Part shown: piece by piece, positions 53,840 through 63,035 of the stretch
How the letters are laid out: every line of letters starts with the position of its first letter
Position numbering within the stretch: the stretch's first letter is position 1
NCBI GenBank assembly: GCA_028718745.1
Contig: JAQULF010000001.1
Location: 111,078-175,077, forward strand
Length of the DNA stretch: 64,000 nt
From: Patescibacteria group bacterium
Lineage (GTDB): Bacteria > Patescibacteriota > JACPGU01
Reading direction: 5' to 3'
Notes under the pieces: model-generated
The model's database searches: none
The model's input: only the letters and a program-made list of their open reading frames with translations
Told to the model about the DNA's origin: nothing
Translations under genes and position numbers: made by a program

Positions 53840-56800
53840 ATGTTTATCAAACACAAATACAAAACAAAAAAATTCATCTTCATCTTTTTGGCAACCATCT
53901 TAGCCGTCCAAATCGGAGGGTCTTTTTTTGGAACTTTTTTAAATAAAGCTTTAGCAACCGGTACCACTGGAAGCTGGGTAAATCTATCAATTCCTTCAGG
54001 AGCAACTGAATGGGATGTAAGTAGTGATCTTCAATTAGCATGTTCGAATATATCCGGACTCGATACTAATATATATCCTGATCAAGACTCTGCAAACGGA
54101 TATTATCAACAGGGTACTAGCCACGCGACCTATAGTGTTCGCTGTTCCTGGGATTGGGCTACTAACCATGAGTATGCTGGCAAAAATATTGTTTTATATA
54201 AATTAAGGAATAAAGCTACTGACAAAGATATGATTGATGTACAGCCAATTGCCGGTGCGCTTACAGGAGAATGTACCCTTAGCAATCTTAACACTAAAAT
54301 AGAATGTCGTTTTGAAGATAGCTCAAGATGGGTAGTTGATGTTAAAGCAGACAAACCATTTAAAGCAAGCGACTATCAATTGATGGCAGAATTTGGTGCG
54401 ACAGGCGGAGCTCCTTTGAGTCAAATAGACGATGCTAAATTAATAGAATCACAGCAATATTTTAATGCTATACAAACGATTACAAATAGAGTTTTGGACA
54501 ATGGATACGCAGAAAAAGTAAATGATTATGATATTGCTAACCTCCACAGAACTAATTTTATAAATGCTTTGAAAGATTCTAAAACATGTAAGGATGCTGC
54601 AAAATATGTTTCAACCTCACCTCCAACAGAGGGAGATTGGCTAGCCTATCTTACTAATCCTAAGGTTCTTTTTCAAAACATAGCTGATTTTTTTACGAAT
54701 GCGCAGGATATTAACGCTGCTTGTACTCAATACATATCTCAAGTAAATGGGAATGTTTATATAGTTAATGCCGCATGGGCCGCAACTTCGAACTGCGCTG
54801 CAGGAGGAGCTACAACAGCTGATGCTCTTAAGACATGTGTAGCACAAGATGCTACCTATCAAAAAGCTATCGAATTAAATACAGCAAGGCAAAAAGGGGC
54901 GGAACAGGCAGTTATTGATCAGTCAAAAACAGGTCCTAAATTATCCGATGCGGGTGGTTGTGGCGCAGCATTAGATGATCCTAATGCTAGTGTTGATATC
55001 AGTCAGCTGATTGAGCCTTTTCCGGCTGCTATCATGTGTTTTGTTGAGAAGTATGTATTAAATGGAATACAATATGTTTCCAAGAACTGGGTCGATCAGA
55101 ATTTTAGCAGTTTATTAACGGTGGGGATTATTGATAATCCCGTGGCCCAATCTGTGGCTAGAGTCTTTATTAATTTTATAAACAGTCTCTTTCTTTTACT
55201 GGCTCTAATCTCAATTTTTATTACCACTTTAAAAATTGATATACCCTCAATGGATCTCAAGTCCTGGCAGTTAAAAAGAATGATCCCAACTATAATCGCT
55301 ACTATAATTTTGGTTAATTATAGTTTGAGTATTGCCAATCTAGTAATAGCGATCATGGATAGTTTGGTTGGATATTTTGGAGCGGGAGGGGGAAATTTCT
55401 TTAGCTTTGGAACCGATCCCAATTCTCTTATGTGGTCAGTAGGAGGCATTCCTTGGGGGTTGCTGGCATTTAGAATTTTATTTTTAGTTGCTTTCTTGCT
55501 GGTAATCATTTATTTAATGCTTGTTTTATGGGTTAGGAAATTAGCGCTGGTACTTTTAGCTATGTTCGCTCCAGTTCCTTATTTGGCTAATGCTATACCA
55601 ATAAGCTCGATAAAAGAATTAACAGGATCTTGGTGGAAAAACTTTATGAATTGGGCTTTTATGGGGCCATTGGTCGCTGCTCTTTTATATGCTGCTTCAA
55701 TTGCCATAACCAGTGCGACCGAAACCAAACTCGGGATTGGAAATCTTCCTATTAATTTTGGTGCTGGCGAAATTATACCGGTATCGCCTAGTGGATTTTG
55801 GGCCGGAATTAGTCTGACCAACATGGTTTTGGTTGGCATAATTTTATATCTGGCAGCGACCATGCCTTTGAAATTGGGCGGAGCGGTGATGAGTGCGGTT
55901 CAAAAAGCGACGACCGGCAGAGCGGGGAAATTGGCGGGCACAATAGCAAAAGGAACGGCCGGATTTTATGCCAGCAAGGCGGCCAGAGGATTGGGCATAC
56001 CTTCTATCGAAGAGATTAAAAAGGGATTTGCGGAAAACAGAAGAGTGCAATTGGCCAAAGCTTCCGAAAAAGGAGCTAAGAAAAGAGAAAAAGCATTCGG
56101 AGGCGTTAGTGCCATGACAGATATTTTTGAAAACTATTGGAATATGAAGGGAATTGGTAAGCTGCCTTTTTCAACAGCCAGACAAAAGAAAGCCGAAGCC
56201 GATTTATTAGCAAAGAACAGAAAAGTCAGGGAACTTAAAGATAGTGGCGCAAATGCAGATGAAATAGTGGGAGCAACAAAAGAAGCTGATGCCGCGAGAA
56301 TGAGGCTTATGAATATAAGACCGACAAACTACAATACCAGAGTAGAGAGATTGGGGAGAGAGTCGGAAGAGTTGAAAAAGATAGCAAGCATAAATAGATC
56401 GGAAGAATTGAATTCGCTTCTTGATAAAGCAATTATGGAAAAAAATCAAACAAGAGCCTCGGCCATCATGCGACAGATGGCGAGTAATGCCGATGAGAAT
56501 GAATACTTGAATCGCCATAATTTTAGTAGCGGTAGAGAGGGCATGCAGGCGTTTACTAGAGAAGTATTAATAGGAAAACTGGGTATGAACAGACAGCAGG
56601 CTTTGGAATTGGAAATGGATATTTCTAATACTGCTGAAAAGAATGGACATATGCAAGCTTCCAAGACCGTATACATGGAGGATGGGATATTGGATCATGC
56701 TACAGCTACACAACACCAAGATGCTATCAGAGCAGAGACTATAAAGATGGATTCTCAAAAGCAAGCGATCAATTTCAATCGTCTAGCCTATGGTTATGAG

Positions 56801-57127
56801 ACGCCGGACAGAGTGTTCCACTTGACAGGGGAAGGCAAAGAGTTGTTAAGAGCAATAGGACCTGGATTGAGAGAACAGCTTAACAGAATGAATGTGAATG
56901 CGGTTGAAAACCTTACTGCTAACGGCATAATACAAGAATTGGAAGTCGATCCACAGATAGACAAACAATTTTTACAAGTGCTGGTAGCCAAAAGGCTGGG
57001 GTATACTAAGGACGATAAAGAGCAACTCAAGGCAATAAAAGTAGATAAGTATGTAGAACATTTGAATGGGGGTGGAGACTGGCAGTCTTACAAGGCTACT
57101 ATAGAAGCATCACTACCTGCTGCGTAA
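53840..57127 (+). CDS. large polytopic membrane protein, VirB6/TrbL-like (N-terminal ~450-aa Cys-rich ectodomain, central ~6-8 TM helices, C-terminal cytoplasmic coiled-coil)
   Basis: Signal anchor; TM block LLTVGIIDN…LLLALISIFITTL…IIATIILVNYSLSIANLVIAIM…LFLVAFLLVIIYLMLVLWV…LLAMFAPVPYLANAIP…GPLVAALLYAASIAI…MVLVGIILYLAATMPL; architecture typical of Gram-positive/CPR VirB6 homologues; upstream of PrgI-like and VirB4 genes. Confidence 0.5.
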   Translation: MFIKHKYKTKKFIFIFLATILAVQIGGSFFGTFLNKALATGTTGSWVNLSIPSGATEWDVSSDLQLACSNISGLDTNIYPDQDSANGYYQQGTSHATYSVRCSWDWATNHEYAGKNIVLYKLRNKATDKDMIDVQPIAGALTGECTLSNLNTKIECRFEDSSRWVVDVKADKPFKASDYQLMAEFGATGGAPLSQIDDAKLIESQQYFNAIQTITNRVLDNGYAEKVNDYDIANLHRTNFINALKDSKTCKDAAKYVSTSPPTEGDWLAYLTNPKVLFQNIADFFTNAQDINAACTQYISQVNGNVYIVNAAWAATSNCAAGGATTADALKTCVAQDATYQKAIELNTARQKGAEQAVIDQSKTGPKLSDAGGCGAALDDPNASVDISQLIEPFPAAIMCFVEKYVLNGIQYVSKNWVDQNFSSLLTVGIIDNPVAQSVARVFINFINSLFLLLALISIFITTLKIDIPSMDLKSWQLKRMIPTIIATIILVNYSLSIANLVIAIMDSLVGYFGAGGGNFFSFGTDPNSLMWSVGGIPWGLLAFRILFLVAFLLVIIYLMLVLWVRKLALVLLAMFAPVPYLANAIPISSIKELTGSWWKNFMNWAFMGPLVAALLYAASIAITSATETKLGIGNLPINFGAGEIIPVSPSGFWAGISLTNMVLVGIILYLAATMPLKLGGAVMSAVQKATTGRAGKLAGTIAKGTAGFYASKAARGLGIPSIEEIKKGFAENRRVQLAKASEKGAKKREKAFGGVSAMTDIFENYWNMKGIGKLPFSTARQKKAEADLLAKNRKVRELKDSGANADEIVGATKEADAARMRLMNIRPTNYNTRVERLGRESEELKKIASINRSEELNSLLDKAIMEKNQTRASAIMRQMASNADENEYLNRHNFSSGREGMQAFTREVLIGKLGMNRQQALELEMDISNTAEKNGHMQASKTVYMEDGILDHATATQHQDAIRAETIKMDSQKQAINFNRLAYGYETPDRVFHLTGEGKELLRAIGPGLREQLNRMNVNAVENLTANGIIQELEVDPQIDKQFLQVLVAKRLGYTKDDKEQLKAIKVDKYVEHLNGGGDWQSYKATIEASLPAA

Positions 57128-57142
57128 ATTAAAGAAAAAGCC

Positions 57143-57886
57143 ATGGACAATAAAATTACAATTGAACAATTGAAAAAACCGGAGTTTTTGGAATCAGCCA
57201 AAAAAAGGTTGGACGATATTTTGAATTATGATTCCGGTAAGGAAGCTCGGGACTTTGCTTATGATTTAGAAAAAGTATTAAAGGAAAATCCTGATTTTGA
57301 GAAAGCATCTCCCGACCTTTATAATCAATATCAAGATCTTATTGTCAAATTAAAATTAGTGGGCTTGCAGTTTTTGAAGGATGAAGAAATAGTTCCGGTT
57401 TTGAAAGATCATTTTTCCATTATGCTTTTATCTTTCCCGCCGGTTACCAATGACATTGTCGATAAATTAAGAGCCCACCTAGTCGGCATTCCTGTTTACG
57501 AAGAAAGAGATACTCTAAAAGGAGAGATTATGAAAATTTTAGTGGAAAGTCAAGAAACTATAACTACCAATAACTTGCGAGATGAAAATGGGATTGGGCA
57601 GCCCCCCACTATTGCTAATTGGATAAAGGATTATTTGCGAGAGACACAAGGACCGGAAGATGAATCTTTGAAATTGATTATGTATTTGACCAATGCTCGC
57701 GGTAAAATGAATTTATCCGATAAAGAAGCCGACGCATTAAAATCTTTTTTGTCGCTTTATGAATTTTTGAGGCATTCTTCTCTGACGCCGGAAGGATTGG
57801 AAGAAAGCGTACTTTTCAGCGAAGACGGCCTCTTGAAGATTTTGAGGCAAGGACAGGTGGAGGTAATAGGACCAGCAGGAGGATAG
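57143..57886 (+). CDS. hypothetical cytoplasmic protein
   Basis: 247-aa ORF with RBS; no recognisable motif. Confidence 0.4.
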   Translation: MDNKITIEQLKKPEFLESAKKRLDDILNYDSGKEARDFAYDLEKVLKENPDFEKASPDLYNQYQDLIVKLKLVGLQFLKDEEIVPVLKDHFSIMLLSFPPVTNDIVDKLRAHLVGIPVYEERDTLKGEIMKILVESQETITTNNLRDENGIGQPPTIANWIKDYLRETQGPEDESLKLIMYLTNARGKMNLSDKEADALKSFLSLYEFLRHSSLTPEGLEESVLFSEDGLLKILRQGQVEVIGPAGG

Positions 57887-57938
57887 CTTCGTTAGCTTTT
57901 AGCTCCATTCAAGGGTAAATCAAAGATTAAAAATCAAA

Positions 57939-58313
57939 ATGGAAAATGACAAAGAAAAATTTAAAAAGGAATTCAAAAAAAGATTATATAACTTCGTACT
58001 TCGTTTAATAAATTATATCAATAAACTTACAAGGTCGCAGTCGAATGATGTTATAGGAAAACAACTATTAAGAAGCGGCACAAGTATATTAGCAAACTTT
58101 ATAGAAGCAAATTCAGCCAGCAGTAAAAAGGATTTTATAAATTTTTTTAATCACAGTTTAAAGTCTGCAAATGAATCTAAGGTTTGGCTAACATTATTTA
58201 GGGATACAAATAACTCAGGAAAAGAAGAAAATGAGTTTCTAATCAATGAACTTTGTGAAATAGCTAATATTTTAGCTTCAAGCATATTAACCTTAAAGGG
58301 GAAAAAGAAGTAA
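57939..58313 (+). CDS. four-helix-bundle protein (TIGR02436-like / Avd-like family), third member in this window
   Basis: …LLRSGTSILANFIEANSASSKKDFINFFNHSLKSANESKVWLTL… matches the four-helix-bundle family signature. Confidence 0.6.
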   Translation: MENDKEKFKKEFKKRLYNFVLRLINYINKLTRSQSNDVIGKQLLRSGTSILANFIEANSASSKKDFINFFNHSLKSANESKVWLTLFRDTNNSGKEENEFLINELCEIANILASSILTLKGKKK

Positions 58314-58371
58314 TTTTAGATTTTATATATTTCATTTTGATTTTTGATATTTACATTTTAATTTAACTCAT

Positions 58372-59013
58372 ATGCCAGATCAATATAAGATCCCACAAAA
58401 CATCGATGTTGAAGATAAAATTCTTGGCCCCTTTACCTTGAAGCAGTTTTTATATATTATGGGGGGAGGGATAATTATTTATGTTCTTTTTAACATTTTT
58501 GCCAAGACTAACCTCATTCTTTTTCTGGTAATTTCTATTCCGATTGCGATTGCCGTACTAATGCTGGTTTTTGTAAAAGTAAACGAAAGACCTTTTCTGG
58601 ATTTTTTCTTTTACTTCATCGCTTATCTGCAAGATCCGAAAGAAAAAAAGTGGATCAAGTCTACTAAAGTTAAAGAGTTCAAAATTACTGCCAAAATTTC
58701 CGAAGCGGAAGAAGCCAAGCAAAAAGAAATAGCTGATCTTTCCCGAAGAGGAATAGTTCGATCACAATTGCAGCAAATGGCTATAGTTTTGGATTCGCGT
58801 GGCTGGAGTAGAGAATCGCTCGATCAGGAATTAAAGGGAAGAGTGGCCTCTTCGGTAGAAGAAAAATCTGTTGTCAGGCAAAAGTTTGCCGAAGAAGAAA
58901 ATCTGGCCGATATGTTTAGCGATATCGAAGGCGCGGTAACTACATTAAAATCAGGGGTTCAAGAAGAAAGCGCCAGCAATTTAGCGGAGAGATTGAAGAT
59001 ACTTTTGGAATAA
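58372..59013 (+). CDS. PrgI/VirB3-like small membrane protein of the T4SS-like module
   Basis: DVEDKILGPFTLKQFLYIMGGGIIIYVLF followed by a second TM helix: the PrgI-family pattern; located just upstream of virB4. Confidence 0.5.
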   Translation: MPDQYKIPQNIDVEDKILGPFTLKQFLYIMGGGIIIYVLFNIFAKTNLILFLVISIPIAIAVLMLVFVKVNERPFLDFFFYFIAYLQDPKEKKWIKSTKVKEFKITAKISEAEEAKQKEIADLSRRGIVRSQLQQMAIVLDSRGWSRESLDQELKGRVASSVEEKSVVRQKFAEEENLADMFSDIEGAVTTLKSGVQEESASNLAERLKILLE

Positions 59014-59119
59014 AAAATAAAAAATTAAAACATTAAGGTAAATCCCACGCTCGTGTACTCGCTCTGGATGAAATGCTCGTTATATTTTTTACATTAATGT
59101 TCGCATTTCAAAAACAAAA

Positions 59120-59845
59120 ATGGCAGACAAAGACACAAAAAAACCAACCGGTTCCACCGTCGAATCCGCTCCTGCGAAAAGAAACTCAACGCAGTCTTAT
59201 CTTGATATTGACCATTTTGAGAGCGGCATTCTGATTATGAAAGATGGAAGCATGAGAATGATTCTGTCCACTTCCGCGATCAATTTCGAATTAAAAGCCG
59301 AGATAGAAAGAAATTCAATTATTTATGCCTATCAAAACTTTTTGAATTCTTTGGAATTTCCCATCCAAATTATTGTTCAGTCCAGGAAACTGGATTTGGA
59401 TGAATATCTGGAAACTTTGAAAAAGAAAATTACCGAAACGACCAACGAACTTCTCAAAGTTCAGATCTCCGACTATGTTGATTTTGTGCAGGGTGTGATT
59501 AATGTTGCCAATATTATGCAAAAGAGATTTTATGTTGTAGTCCCGCATTACCCAAGTAATTTCAAAAAAATCGGAGGTTTAGCCCAGATTTTTTCAGGTA
59601 GCCAGGCGGGCGTAGAAATATCAGATATGGAAGTAGAGACAAAATATCTGATGCAAAAAACCGAAACGGTAGCGTCGGGATTGCAAAGCATCGGAATTCG
59701 CGCCTTGCAGCTAGACACCCAGGAGTTAATTGAGCTTTTCTATGGAGCTTATAATCCCGATCAATCCACTCGTCAGAAATTAATTGATATTTCACAATTA
59801 GAATCGGAAATAATTGAGGCAGCACCGGAAGAAATGGGGATATAG
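59120..59845 (+). CDS. hypothetical T4SS-associated protein resembling the non-ATPase N-terminal domain of VirB4/TraC
   Basis: …LDIDHFESGILIMKDGSMRMILSTSAINFELKAEIERNSIIYAYQNFLNSLEFPIQIIVQSR…FYVVVPHY… parallels the N-terminal domain of the downstream VirB4. Confidence 0.35.
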   Translation: MADKDTKKPTGSTVESAPAKRNSTQSYLDIDHFESGILIMKDGSMRMILSTSAINFELKAEIERNSIIYAYQNFLNSLEFPIQIIVQSRKLDLDEYLETLKKKITETTNELLKVQISDYVDFVQGVINVANIMQKRFYVVVPHYPSNFKKIGGLAQIFSGSQAGVEISDMEVETKYLMQKTETVASGLQSIGIRALQLDTQELIELFYGAYNPDQSTRQKLIDISQLESEIIEAAPEEMGI

Positions 59846-59920
59846 AACAGGAATATATGAATAAAGGATTAAATGAATAGAAATTCTAATCATTTAATCA
59901 TATAATCATTTAATCATCAC
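59846..59920. repeat. AT-rich ~70-bp hairpin repeat, near-identical to 11404-11476
   Basis: gaatatatgaataaaggattaaatgaatagaaattctaatcatttaatcatataatcatttaatcatcac. Confidence 0.6.
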
Positions 59921-59958
59921 ACCCTTAGTATTTTAGAAACAAAAAAATAAACATAAAA

Positions 59959-62034
59959 ATGCCAGATCCACAAGACAAAAAACTAGATAATATCCAGCCC
60001 CCCAAAGGTTCCTACTTTGATTTGACTAACAAAGATGCGGTTCTTCAGCCGGATAAGGCTAAGGATTTGGGCGCTATTACTTCCGGTTTTGGTGTTAAGA
60101 AGGAAATAGGATCAACACCACTAAAAGTAGAGACGAATGGCCATTCGTCTCTACAGGAGAAACCAAAAGAGACTAAATCATCCGGAGGTTTCTTTTCCTT
60201 CGGACCAAAGATGACTAAAGAAGAATTGGAAAAACAAAAAGCCGAGGAAAGAAAAAAATCAGAAGCCATTAAAAGAGAAGAAGAGGCTAAAAAAACTTAT
60301 GAAATGGGGTTGGCTTCTATTCGCGACCTGATCGCCCCTTCTTCAGTACAAATTACGCCAAATTATCTAGTTTTAAACGATCGCTTTGTTCGCACTCTTT
60401 TTATTTTCAATTACCCCCGCTTTATTTTTCCAAACTGGTTATCGCCGCTGATTAATATGGATATGACTCTCGATATCGGCATGTTTATTTATCCCAAGGA
60501 AAATAAAGGCGTTCTCGACACTTTAAGAAAAAGATCGGGGCAAGTGGAGTCGGCTCTCAATATAGAAGCGCAAAAAGGACTGGTTCGAAATCCGGAATTG
60601 GAAACCGCTTTGCAAGACATTGAGGAATTAAGAGAAAGATTGGCCAGAGGAGAAGAGAGATTATTTCAGTTGTCTCTATATATAACTCTTCAAGCTAAGG
60701 ATCTGGACGAGCTGGATCTAGCTACTAAAAAAGTAGAATCAACCCTTGGAGGTTCTTTGATTTATACCAAAAGAGCCGGATTTCAGATGGATCAAGGCTT
60801 TCGCTCCACTCTTCCTTTGGGATCTGACTTTTTGGATATTAGAAGAAATATGAACACAGGTTCGCTTTCCACTACTTTCCCATTTACCTCAATGGATTTA
60901 ACTTCCAATCAGGGAATTATGTACGGTATCAATCGCCATAATAATGGCTTGATTATTTTTGATCGATTTGAATTGGAAAACTATAATTCAGTTGTTTTTG
61001 CTAAGGCCGGTGCCGGCAAGTCATACGCGGTAAAATTAGAAATTTTACGCTATATGATGTTTGGTACAGATATTATAGTGATTGATCCGGAAAATGAATA
61101 TAAAAATCTTTGCAAAGTGGTTGGCGGGTCATATCTATCCATGAGCTTATCTTCAGATGATAGAATCAATCCTTTTGACTTACCGCCGCTTCCCGACGAT
61201 GCTACGCTCGATATGGGTGAAGATAATTTAAGAAGCACTATTATTACTCAAAAGGGTTTAATGAATTTACTTTTGGGGAAACTTGATCCGGAAGAAGATT
61301 CTTTGATTGAAAAGGCATTGCTTAAAGCTTATGAATTGAAAGGGATTACCAACGATCCAGCTACCCAAAAGGCCAACTTTCCCTTGATGGCCGATGTTTA
61401 CAATGCATTATCGGGAATGCCGAACAGCAATTCATTGATGAAAAGAATGGAAAAATATGTAACCGGAACTTTTTCCAGCATATTTAATAAGCCAACTAAC
61501 ATTGATTTAGATAAGGGCTTTGTTGTTTTTAACATTCGCGATCTGGAAACCTCTTTTCGTCCAATTGCCATGTATATGGTGCTGGATTTTATTTGGTCAA
61601 AGATAAGAAAAGAGTTGCGAAAAAGAATGCTTATCGTCGATGAGGCGTGGCTTATGATGGAATATGAAGATGCGGCCAAATTCATCTATTCAATTGCCAA
61701 AAGAGCTAGAAAGTATTATCTAGGACTAACTACTATAACGCAGGATGTGGAAGACTTTTTATCCTCAAAATACGGCCGCGCTATCGTAACCAACTCTTCA
61801 TTGCAATTGCTTCTCAAACAATCTCCGGCCTCAATTGAATCAGTGGGTAAAACTTTTAATCTAACTCAAGGAGAGCGAGCCTTGCTTCTGGAATCCGGTG
61901 TGGGTGAGGGACTTTTCTTTGCCGGTGTCAATCATGTAGCTATCAAAGTTATCGCTTCTTATACGGAGGATCAGATCGTGACTACCTCTCCAAAGCAGAT
62001 TCAGGAGCTTGAAAAAGCGCAGGGAGAGGTATAG
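59959..62034 (+). CDS. virB4: VirB4/TraC/PrgJ-family type IV secretion ATPase with a ~120-aa low-complexity N-terminal extension
   Basis: Walker A FAKAGAGKSYAVKL, Walker B MLIVDEAWLMM, conserved VIDPENEY and N-terminal VirB4 domain (…IAPSSVQITPNYLVLNDRFVRTLFIFNYPRFIFPNWLSPLINMDMTLDI…). Confidence 0.85.
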   Translation: MPDPQDKKLDNIQPPKGSYFDLTNKDAVLQPDKAKDLGAITSGFGVKKEIGSTPLKVETNGHSSLQEKPKETKSSGGFFSFGPKMTKEELEKQKAEERKKSEAIKREEEAKKTYEMGLASIRDLIAPSSVQITPNYLVLNDRFVRTLFIFNYPRFIFPNWLSPLINMDMTLDIGMFIYPKENKGVLDTLRKRSGQVESALNIEAQKGLVRNPELETALQDIEELRERLARGEERLFQLSLYITLQAKDLDELDLATKKVESTLGGSLIYTKRAGFQMDQGFRSTLPLGSDFLDIRRNMNTGSLSTTFPFTSMDLTSNQGIMYGINRHNNGLIIFDRFELENYNSVVFAKAGAGKSYAVKLEILRYMMFGTDIIVIDPENEYKNLCKVVGGSYLSMSLSSDDRINPFDLPPLPDDATLDMGEDNLRSTIITQKGLMNLLLGKLDPEEDSLIEKALLKAYELKGITNDPATQKANFPLMADVYNALSGMPNSNSLMKRMEKYVTGTFSSIFNKPTNIDLDKGFVVFNIRDLETSFRPIAMYMVLDFIWSKIRKELRKRMLIVDEAWLMMEYEDAAKFIYSIAKRARKYYLGLTTITQDVEDFLSSKYGRAIVTNSSLQLLLKQSPASIESVGKTFNLTQGERALLLESGVGEGLFFAGVNHVAIKVIASYTEDQIVTTSPKQIQELEKAQGEV

Positions 62035-62071
62035 AAAAGTATTTTTTGCTCTCATTTTATTTATATGGTAA

Positions 62072-62145
62072 AATAAGTGGTAAGTGGTAAGCATGTAAGT
62101 AGTAAGTAATCCCAAAACTTACAACCTACAACTTACAACTTAATT
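62072..62145 (+). repeat. long imperfect hairpin of (GTAAGT)n versus (ACTTAC)n downstream of virB4
   Basis: ggtaagtggtaagcatgtaagtagtaagtaatcccaaaacttacaacctacaacttacaacttaa. Confidence 0.45.
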
Positions 62146-62164
62146 CTTACTACTAATTTTTTAT

Positions 62165-62971
62165 ATGGCAGATCAAGATCTTGTAGATTATATAAAAGAG
62201 AATAAGGCTAAGTATGGTGTTGATACTTTGCGTAAAGGGCTTTTGGCCCAGGGGATTAGCTATAAAGAATTCAAGGAAGCAATGGAGATGGTTGAACAGG
62301 AAGAAGACGAAAAGATAGCCGGATTTCTCACCGATGCACCGGAAGTAAGAGAAGAAACCATTATTGTGAAAGAATATATTGGTAGAGGAGCTCGAGGAGC
62401 CAAGGAATATCAAAAAAAAGCGGGGGAAGTTATCGGCAATGTTTCTACGGCACTCGGAGTTGGTGAAAAAGATAAGACTCTCTATTTGGATATTATAAAA
62501 TATGGAGCTATTGCTTTTGTGTTTTTTAATATCATTACTACAGTTTTTAAGTATTTCGGGGGTCGTATAGTTTATCCTAAAGTAGCCGCTTCACTGGGTG
62601 TTTTTGGACATCTGGCTCTTCCTGATGTTTTGATGATAAAAATCGAGCTTTGGCCGCTTACTTTATCGGTGTTGTGGAGTGCTGTTTTGGGGGGAGTTCT
62701 TACATTCTTATTTGTGAAATATATAGCTCGTTTTTGGCCATTCTCTATTTGGTTGAAATTTCAGCAAAAGCTTTTTTATTTCTATATTATTTTTGAATTT
62801 ATTTTTGGTATTTTTATAAACGGCCTGATCTCGGCGATCTCGGGCATTTATCTTTTGGGCTATCTGATAGTTTTGGTTGGAATAGTAATAGCCGCTTATC
62901 TATCCAGTAATTATTTAGCGAATGTTTTGGAAACCAAACACGAGGACGCTATCAAAAGATTAGTTAGATAA
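62165..62971 (+). CDS. hypothetical membrane protein (cytoplasmic N-terminal domain + 4-5 TM helices)
   Basis: 268-aa ORF; hydrophobic C-terminal half. Confidence 0.4.
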   Translation: MADQDLVDYIKENKAKYGVDTLRKGLLAQGISYKEFKEAMEMVEQEEDEKIAGFLTDAPEVREETIIVKEYIGRGARGAKEYQKKAGEVIGNVSTALGVGEKDKTLYLDIIKYGAIAFVFFNIITTVFKYFGGRIVYPKVAASLGVFGHLALPDVLMIKIELWPLTLSVLWSAVLGGVLTFLFVKYIARFWPFSIWLKFQQKLFYFYIIFEFIFGIFINGLISAISGIYLLGYLIVLVGIVIAAYLSSNYLANVLETKHEDAIKRLVR

Positions 62972-63035
62972 AAACAAAAACAAAAAGACCTTTTCTAATA
63001 GTTTAATTTCAGATATTAGGATATAATTTTATTTA

